Of a DNA stretch of 48,322 nucleotides, positions 42,323-48,322 are shown piece after piece; within the stretch, counting starts at the first letter, position 1, and each line of letters starts with the position of its first letter. The notes beneath the pieces are model-generated. The model was not told the DNA's origin and ran no database searches. It saw only the letters and a program-made list of their open reading frames with translations. The stretch lies in assembly GCA_903827265.1 (NCBI GenBank), contig CAIKHN010000024.1:69332-117653 (forward strand). Reading direction: 5' to 3'. A program made the position numbers and the translations under genes. Source of the stretch: Candidatus Uhrbacteria bacterium (GTDB lineage: Bacteria > Patescibacteriota > Patescibacteriia > UBA9934).

Positions 42323-43782
42323 CACACCTCATGAAAAACATATTTCCTCGAGTCGCCGTCATATCAACAGCGCTGTGTTTCGCATTTCTTGGCGCAACCG
42401 TACCAATGCACATCGCACATGCAACGCCAATTCCTGATTTAGAAACATGCGACAGCGACGGAACCATGGTCACGACCTACGCATGTATTTGCGCGAGCGG
42501 CAGCAATACATCTCCTGTTATCGACTCTGTCTTTACCGCACAAATGTGCAACGACACGTGCTATAACAGCTTTTATCAGGACGGCACGTACAACATGACG
42601 TGCACCGCAACGAGCACCATTAATAAAACCCTGTCACTCACCTACACAATGAATGAAGGGAATGTTGTCGCGCCAGAAGGCGTTTTACCTGATGCGCCAG
42701 CAGAACCCGAGCAAGCATTCACGGTTCCTATTCTGAATATTCAAATTCCAGGATTTCAGCAATTCGACACTCCAACAAAATCTGCAGACGGAAGCGTAAT
42801 TTCCGTAAACTTCCTTGCGACGTATATTAATGCAATTTATGCATGGGCACTTGGAGCAGGGGCGCTTGTTGCCGTAGTCATGATGATGCTCGGAGGTTTG
42901 CAGTACGTACTCTCGCGTGGAAAGAGCAAGTACATCGAAAAGGCAAAGACGCGTATCACCAACGCAATCACCGGGCTTGTCCTCCTGCTCGCTGCCTATA
43001 ACATCGCATTCCTTATTGATCCGAACACGACGATTCTCAAGTCGCTCGATGTCACCAACGTTGATCGGCTCGAGTACTTCCCGCCTGAAGGCGAAGAGGA
43101 ATCTGATGCGATCACCGCGAACACAAGCCTCACCGGCGATACCGATCCAATAACTGGCGACTACATTACCGCGTATTCCGGCGCAGCCGTTGACGGCGAT
43201 GTGCTCACCGCGTTGCAATCTGCCGCAAAGGTATTCCATGCAGAAACCGGAAAGAATGTTGTTATTACCTCGGCAACACGAGATCTCACCAAACAAGCTA
43301 CGCTTTTTTATAGCAATTGTCTGAAAACTGGTGGCGTCTGCTCACCAACGACATGCAATCCCGCAAGCACATCTGTTGTAAAAAAAGTCAGCGGGAAATA
43401 CACACTCATAGGCAAATACGCGAACGAGACCGATTCATCGACGATCATTTCTGACATTGTCAGCAACGCACAAGTTAGTAATTGCCCACATACTTCCGGA
43501 ATTGCACTTGATGCCTGGTGTGCAGACGGCGGCTCAGACTATCGCCATGATCCGGAATGCCAAACAAAACTCATCAAAGCAATGATTGGCGCAGGATTCT
43601 GCCGACTTTCGCTCGAGCCTTGGCACTTCGAACTCGACAGCAAAAAAGTCTCAACGAAGAGCTGCTCGACGAGTTGGAATGACGCATCGTATCTTCTGAA
43701 AAATGGAACAACGGAAACTCCTGGAACCGATTGCCAGAAATGGGACTTTAAACAGCATCGATGCGCGGTAAAAAAGCCCTAG
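42319..43782 (+). CDS. fusion: signal peptide + Cys-rich domain + T4SS-pilin-like two-TM module + M15 (VanY-type) peptidase
   Basis: - Signal peptide: ends in HIAHA.
- Cys-rich domain: 9 Cys within about 60 aa.
- Pilin-like hairpin: AIYAWALGAGALVAVVMMMLGGLQYVLSRGKSKYIEKAKTRITNAITGLVLLLAAYNIAFLI.
- M15 motifs: SATRDLTKQATLF, HTSGIALD, EPWHFE.
- The start overlaps the dsbA-like stop (ATGA). Confidence 0.65.
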   Translation: MTHLMKNIFPRVAVISTALCFAFLGATVPMHIAHATPIPDLETCDSDGTMVTTYACICASGSNTSPVIDSVFTAQMCNDTCYNSFYQDGTYNMTCTATSTINKTLSLTYTMNEGNVVAPEGVLPDAPAEPEQAFTVPILNIQIPGFQQFDTPTKSADGSVISVNFLATYINAIYAWALGAGALVAVVMMMLGGLQYVLSRGKSKYIEKAKTRITNAITGLVLLLAAYNIAFLIDPNTTILKSLDVTNVDRLEYFPPEGEEESDAITANTSLTGDTDPITGDYITAYSGAAVDGDVLTALQSAAKVFHAETGKNVVITSATRDLTKQATLFYSNCLKTGGVCSPTTCNPASTSVVKKVSGKYTLIGKYANETDSSTIISDIVSNAQVSNCPHTSGIALDAWCADGGSDYRHDPECQTKLIKAMIGAGFCRLSLEPWHFELDSKKVSTKSCSTSWNDASYLLKNGTTETPGTDCQKWDFKQHRCAVKKP

Positions 43783-43810
43783 CCAAAACGTCAGAGTTCT
43801 TCTAGGCTTG

Positions 43811-45154
43811 ATGCATATGTTTGTCTGTACACACTGCGACGCACAAAGTCTAAAATGGAGCGGGCGATGCGTAACCTGCGGACAATGGGGAACGGTTTTT
43901 GATGAAGGAGAAGTTCCAGAAAAAACAGGATCGACAAAAGCAAAAAGTGTAAAGTCGCGACCAGCCGCAACGCTCAACCTCGCAGCAGCAACAACGGCCA
44001 TTGTTGAACGACAAAGCACAAACATCAGCGAACTTGATCGCGTTCTTGGCGGCGGTCTTGTGCCAGGATCGGTCACGTTACTTGCCGGAGAGCCAGGAAT
44101 CGGAAAAAGCACATTGGTCGCGCAGTTGGCGGCGAGCTTTTCGGTGAATCCTCCCCCTCCTTATGAAGGAGGGGGTCGGGGGGAGGTGAAGAACTCATAC
44201 TACGCTTCCGGCGAGGAATCAGAAGGTCAGGTTCGACTTCGGTTTGTTCGACTCGGACTCAATCCTGAACATGTCGTATTCTCGAATGCGACAGAAACTG
44301 GATCAATCATCGCGGCAGCGGAAACAATGAAGCCGAGTATCGTCATCGTCGACTCAATCCAAACAATGATGACGGAAGGCGTGGAATCGTTCCCTGGCAC
44401 ACCAACAGCGGTGCGAGCAGCGACATCAGAACTCATCTCGTACGCGAAAGCCTCGAATGTTCCGGTGCTCATCATCGGCCAAGTGACGAAAGATGGAATC
44501 GTGGCAGGCCCGAAGACACTCGAACATCTCGTGGACACTGTTTTAACACTCGAAGGCGATGCGACAAGCGCGTATCGGCTGCTTCGCGCAAGCAAGAATC
44601 GTTTCGGTAGCGTGGAAGACGTTGGTGTATTCGCAATGACGGAAAAAGGCATGGTCCCCGTCGAGAATCCGTCGGCGATGTTTCTAAAAGAGCGTGTCGA
44701 CGGCCCAGGATCGGTCGTAACGTGCATTATGGAAGGCAACCGTCCGTTCCTCGTCGAGATCCAGGCGCTTATTGATAAAAGCTTTTTCCCAAATCCTGTT
44801 CGCCGTACGAGCGGTTACGATGTTGGTCGATTACAAATGCTCCTCGCGATTCTAAGTAAGCGCGCCGGCGTTCGGGTTTACGATCAAGACGTGTACGTCA
44901 ACGTTGTTGGCGGCTTAAAGCTCGACGAACCAAGCGCCGATCTGGCTGTTGCCGCAGCAATCCTCTCCGCAATAGACAACGTCACCTTCCCCGCCAAAAC
45001 CATCGTCATCGGCGAACTCGGACTCGGCGGCGAAGTACGGTCTGTCGCCTTCAGCGAACGCCGTCGAAAAGAAGCGGAACGATTAGGATTCGGAACGATC
45101 CTTGATCCGAAATCAATTAAGACCGTCAGTGAGCTGAGAGCGAAGATGAAATAG
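43811..45154 (+). CDS. radA: DNA repair protein RadA/Sms
   Basis: Zn finger CTHCDAQSLKWSGRCVTCGQWGT, Walker A GEPGIGKST, KNRFG, and a Lon-like C-domain. It contains a 42-nt in-frame GC-rich insertion. Confidence 0.93.
   Translation: MHMFVCTHCDAQSLKWSGRCVTCGQWGTVFDEGEVPEKTGSTKAKSVKSRPAATLNLAAATTAIVERQSTNISELDRVLGGGLVPGSVTLLAGEPGIGKSTLVAQLAASFSVNPPPPYEGGGRGEVKNSYYASGEESEGQVRLRFVRLGLNPEHVVFSNATETGSIIAAAETMKPSIVIVDSIQTMMTEGVESFPGTPTAVRAATSELISYAKASNVPVLIIGQVTKDGIVAGPKTLEHLVDTVLTLEGDATSAYRLLRASKNRFGSVEDVGVFAMTEKGMVPVENPSAMFLKERVDGPGSVVTCIMEGNRPFLVEIQALIDKSFFPNPVRRTSGYDVGRLQMLLAILSKRAGVRVYDQDVYVNVVGGLKLDEPSADLAVAAAILSAIDNVTFPAKTIVIGELGLGGEVRSVAFSERRRKEAERLGFGTILDPKSIKTVSELRAKMK
44141..44190 (+). 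repeat. in-frame C-run/G-run palindromic element inside radA
   Basis: ggtgaatCCTCCCCCTCCttatgaaGGAGGGGGtcggGGGGAGGtg. It forms a perfect 8-bp hairpin CCCCCTCC-ttatgaa-GGAGGGGG and encodes NPPPPYEGGGRGEV between Walker A and the YASGEES segment. Confidence 0.7.
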
Positions 45155-45163
45155 TTCTACACA

Positions 45164-45189
45164 AAAAGGATCCGATGGGATCCTTTTTG
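45164..45189. terminator. bidirectional intrinsic terminator
   Basis: AAAAAGGATCC-gatg-GGATCCTTTTT. Confidence 0.85.
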
Positions 45190-45210
45190 TATTTGTGTAC
45201 GAAAAATGTG

Positions 45211-45534
45211 TTATGCGATTCGTGCCCAGCGTTCGAGGCGAGACACTCGACGATCAAGGCCGTCGACCTGCGGCAATACTCCATTAATAACATCGATGAT
45301 GTCATTACGGACGTTGTACAATTCCACATGCAATATTGCGTGGATTTTTGCAGTCATTTCTGTCACAAGCTCGTCTCGAAACACTGAAAATTTCTGATCG
45401 AGCTTCTGATTGAGTTTCGTCTCAAGCTTTTGCTCAAGTTTCGTCTCAAGCTTCAACTCAAGACTTTGCTCTATTCGAACCTCCTGCTCCGCAAACATCT
45501 CTCGTAACACCTGGATATCACTGGCATCAAGCAT
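45211..45534 (-). CDS. small coiled-coil protein with (K-L-E/x-x) repeats
   Basis: LELKLETKLEQKLETKLNQKLDQKF. The ATG at 45534 is preferred. The ORF is open to the GTG at 45627, which would add a Gly6-containing GC-rich N-terminus. Confidence 0.5.
   Translation of the reverse strand: MLDASDIQVLREMFAEQEVRIEQSLELKLETKLEQKLETKLNQKLDQKFSVFRDELVTEMTAKIHAILHVELYNVRNDIIDVINGVLPQVDGLDRRVSRLERWARIA
45414..45461 (-). repeat. tandem 24-bp repeat (2 units) inside the coiled-coil gene
   Basis: gtttcgtctcaagcttttgctcaa / gtttcgtctcaagcttcaactcaa, encoding the KLETKLEQ repeats. Confidence 0.8.
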
Positions 45535-45656
45535 AATTTTGATGCTACACGAACCTCCGCCGCCTCCCCCAGCGTGCGTGTCGCGGGAATAAATCACAGG
45601 AACCTGGAGATGCTTCGACTGTATCACGAATCGTTGCGACTGTTGAGGCTCGAATT

Positions 45657-47732
45657 TTACTCAAAATGCACTTCGTCGACGTACTCCTGTAAGCGATCAC
45701 GAAGTTCGGGATACGCAGCGAGATCTGGGCTTTCATCCAGGATTTCTTTTGAGAAGTCTTTTGCAGAGCCCATGAGGTCGATGTCGTTCATGGTGCCGAG
45801 CTTGAATTGATCGAATCCTGATTGTTCGGTGCCGAAGATATTTCCGGCGCCACGAAGTTGAAGATCCTTCTCCGCCAAATCAAATCCATCCTGACTCTCC
45901 ACAACCGCCTGCAAACGCATGCGCGCCACTTCGCCAAGGATTCCTGTTGGATGCAGATAGCACGCGCTCTCGTGCGCTCCACGGCCGACACGGCCACGAA
46001 GCTGGTGAAGCTGCGCTAATCCGAATCGTTCAGCACCTTCAACGTACATCACCGTCGCATTCGGCACGTCAACGCCCACCTCAACGACTGTCGTCGAAAT
46101 AAGCATCTGTGCCTCACCTTGAGCAAATGCGCGCATCACGTCGTCCTTTTCTTTGGTTTTCATGCGACCGTGCAACATCATGACGCTATATCCCTTAAAT
46201 GCGCCATTGGAGAACTCCTTGTGAACGTCGTGAACGGAATTCGCGCCAAGCGCGTCAGATTCTTCGATAAGCGGACAAACAACAAACACCTGACGTCCGG
46301 CGTCCATCTGCTTGCGCATTGCCTCATACACTGCCTCTTCCCTTCCAGGCTCAACAACTTTCGTTGCAATCGGCTTTCGGCCTGCTGGATATTCATCGAG
46401 CACCGAACGATCGAGATCGCCGTATAACACCAGCGCGAGCGAACGCGGAATTGGCGTTGCAGTCATCGACAGCAAATGCGGCACGCTGTCCTGATCTCCG
46501 CGGCGATCTTTCAGCGCCTGGCGCTGACGCACACCGAAGCGATGCTGTTCATCGACGACAATGAAACCGAGACGGTCGAAAAGCACGTCGTCTGTGAGGA
46601 GCGCATGCGTTCCAACCGCAAGCTGCACCTGGCCATTACGAAGCGCAGCGAGTAATTGTGGCTTTGTCACCTCTTTTCCACCAACACGACGCTTTGTCCG
46701 TGTGTACAGCGCAATAGTCATCTTGTCACCAAAAAGTTTCTGCAATGTTTGCGCATGCTGCTCGGCAAGAATTTCTGTTGGCGCAAGAATTGCCGACTGC
46801 CAACCGTCATTCGCCGCGTTCAACGCCACGATTGCCGCAACTACCGTCTTCCCGCTTCCGACATCACCTTCAAGCAACCGATTCATCGGCTCCGGCCGAT
46901 TCATATCTTTAATAATGGCCCAAATCGCTTTTTTCTGTGCACCAGTCAAGTCGAATGGCAACTTTGCGACAGCGGCACGAACGACGTCTTCAAAAAAAGG
47001 AACTTTTGGGGCATTGCGTTGTTTCATTTCTCGTCGGCTCTTTGCAGCAAGAAGTTGATGCAAGAAGAACTCGTCGAACTTTAATCGACGAAGGGCCGCG
47101 TCCTTATCTTCCTCAGAACGAGGAAAGTGCATTTCGACAATTGCCTCCGGAAGCTTGAGAAGATCAACTTCACGAAGGATTCTCCCTGGCATCCAATCCA
47201 CAACCTCGCGAACCGTCGAAAGCGCAGCTTCAGCAACTTTGCGACGAAGCTTTTGCGTGAGGGCGCCGGTTAATCGGTAAATCGGAACTATGCGACCGGT
47301 GTGTTTCGTTGTTTCAACCTTACCAAGAATTTCGTATACCGGATTTACCAGCGACAGCCCGTACCGATCGTCAACCTTTCCTGCCAACGAAACCACTTGT
47401 CCAGGCTTAATGACCTTCGTTAAAAAACCTTGATGAAACCAGATGGCTTTTATGGTTCCCGTGCTGTCCTGAACGAGAGCCTCTGTCACCATCATGCGCA
47501 TCGATTTTTGACTCCGACGATTCTCAATAGCAGTGATCGTTCCCTTCAGCGTTACTTTCGCGCCCGGTTTTGCGTCGACAATGGAAATTGCGTTGCTCAA
47601 GTCGTCGTAACGGAATGGAAAATCAAAAAGCGCGTCTCGCAAAGAGACAACGCCAATACGAACAAAATCCTTTGCTTTCGTTGCGCCGATTCCGGAAATA
47701 CTTGCGACAGAATCCTTAAGATGGAAAGCCAT
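45657..47732 (-). CDS. recG: ATP-dependent DNA helicase RecG
   Basis: N-terminal wedge/OB domain, GDVGSGKT, DEQHRFG, and QLHQLRGRVGRG. Confidence 0.95.
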   Translation of the reverse strand: MAFHLKDSVASISGIGATKAKDFVRIGVVSLRDALFDFPFRYDDLSNAISIVDAKPGAKVTLKGTITAIENRRSQKSMRMMVTEALVQDSTGTIKAIWFHQGFLTKVIKPGQVVSLAGKVDDRYGLSLVNPVYEILGKVETTKHTGRIVPIYRLTGALTQKLRRKVAEAALSTVREVVDWMPGRILREVDLLKLPEAIVEMHFPRSEEDKDAALRRLKFDEFFLHQLLAAKSRREMKQRNAPKVPFFEDVVRAAVAKLPFDLTGAQKKAIWAIIKDMNRPEPMNRLLEGDVGSGKTVVAAIVALNAANDGWQSAILAPTEILAEQHAQTLQKLFGDKMTIALYTRTKRRVGGKEVTKPQLLAALRNGQVQLAVGTHALLTDDVLFDRLGFIVVDEQHRFGVRQRQALKDRRGDQDSVPHLLSMTATPIPRSLALVLYGDLDRSVLDEYPAGRKPIATKVVEPGREEAVYEAMRKQMDAGRQVFVVCPLIEESDALGANSVHDVHKEFSNGAFKGYSVMMLHGRMKTKEKDDVMRAFAQGEAQMLISTTVVEVGVDVPNATVMYVEGAERFGLAQLHQLRGRVGRGAHESACYLHPTGILGEVARMRLQAVVESQDGFDLAEKDLQLRGAGNIFGTEQSGFDQFKLGTMNDIDLMGSAKDFSKEILDESPDLAAYPELRDRLQEYVDEVHFE

Positions 47733-47779
47733 AAGCTCAACGGAGGGTACCAGAAGATTTGGAAAATAGCAACATCTCT

Positions 47780-48322
47780 CTACCGCTTGATCGCAATAAA
47801 ATTGAGATAATTCTTCGTCCCTGGCGTGTATTCGGCGAAGTGGACAATTTCGAATCTGTTTCGAGTCAGAATCTCTTCGATCTCGGCCCTTGTATAAAAA
47901 CTAAACCATCGCGGCGCGCCGACTCCAGAACTCGATCGATAGTCATCAAACTCGCCCTCGATCATGCCGAGCGCGAATACTCCTCCGTCTTTCAGTATTC
48001 GATGAATCTCTTTCATCGACGTATCGATCTCAGCCTTCGGTACATGCAACAACGACGTGTACGCCCACACTCCAGCGGATTCCCCGTCGGCGAATGGCAT
48101 CGCCTCGAAATCGCCGAGCACCGACCGGAAGCCTTGCGATTCTGTCATTGCGATCATCGATTCCGACGCATCGAGACACGTGACATCCAGTCCTCGATCT
48201 CGAAGGAGAACGCTGTCCCGACCCGGTCCGCTCCCAACGTTCAGAATCTTTCCCGAAACCTGAGCCACAAATTTATCAACAAACTCCCCCGGAAATCGCG
48301 CCCAAAAATCCACCGTCTCGTC
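47780..48322 (-). CDS. class I SAM-dependent methyltransferase (start at GTG 48313 or beyond the window edge)
   Basis: Motif I ILNVGSGPGRD and motif II-like VTCLDASE. The reading frame stays open to the window end. Confidence 0.75.
   Translation of the reverse strand, partial: DETVDFWARFPGEFVDKFVAQVSGKILNVGSGPGRDSVLLRDRGLDVTCLDASESMIAMTESQGFRSVLGDFEAMPFADGESAGVWAYTSLLHVPKAEIDTSMKEIHRILKDGGVFALGMIEGEFDDYRSSSGVGAPRWFSFYTRAEIEEILTRNRFEIVHFAEYTPGTKNYLNFIAIKR

Noticed and set aside
1-48322. Alternative genetic code (UGA recoding, as in some CPR lineages).
   Set aside because: TGA terminates well-supported genes at the expected lengths (murD, dnaE, the DsbA-like gene). No conserved protein is interrupted by in-frame TGA.
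1-48322. CRISPR arrays, tRNA/rRNA genes, transposases, integrases and prophage or defence genes.
   Set aside because: I saw no regularly spaced direct repeats and no tRNA T-loop/acceptor signatures in intergenic gaps. No recombinase, nuclease-helicase defence, or toxin-antitoxin motifs appeared in any ORF.

Overview
This is a 48.3-kb, gene-dense chromosomal window with about 45 credible CDS on both strands. It uses the standard code: TGA, TAA and TAG all act as stops. Gene content suggests a small-genome bacterium, possibly Patescibacteria/CPR-like. That placement is inference only, based on compact overlapping operons, mostly Shine-Dalgarno-less starts and a T4SS-pilin-like surface protein.

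Housekeeping backbone:
- secE-nusG, two inserted orphan genes, then rplK-rplA.
- A pyrimidine/dTMP island: cytidylyltransferase-like gene, fused dCMP deaminase, two HIT paralogs, thyA, DHFR and dut.
- gatB, miaA, thrS and dnaE.
- A PP-loop protein-murD-rseP-pheS-pheT operon.
- lemA-htpX-clpC.
- An envelope cluster: TolB-like propeller, DsbA-like protein, pilin-like/M15 peptidase fusion.
- radA, recG and a SAM methyltransferase.

I saw no rRNA, tRNA, CRISPR array, transposase, integrase or recognisable defence/toxin genes.

Most notable observations:
1. A compact T-box riboswitch sits upstream of thrS, with a Thr specifier, a textbook antiterminator/terminator switch and an ultrashort Stem I.
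2. A family of short C-run/G-run palindromic elements is inserted in frame in a murD-linked PP-loop gene (two copies plus extra modules) and in radA.
3. Several markedly GC-rich orphan cassettes, each with its own promoter and terminator, are scattered among housekeeping genes. One is bracketed by an exact 44-bp direct repeat.
4. Two GC-rich, highly structured non-coding segments lie downstream of dnaE and between murD and rseP.
5. The murD plus PP-loop ATPase pair may be a MurD2/MurL-type alternative route for D-Glu addition.

All homology statements come from motif recognition by eye. No searches or folding programs were run.
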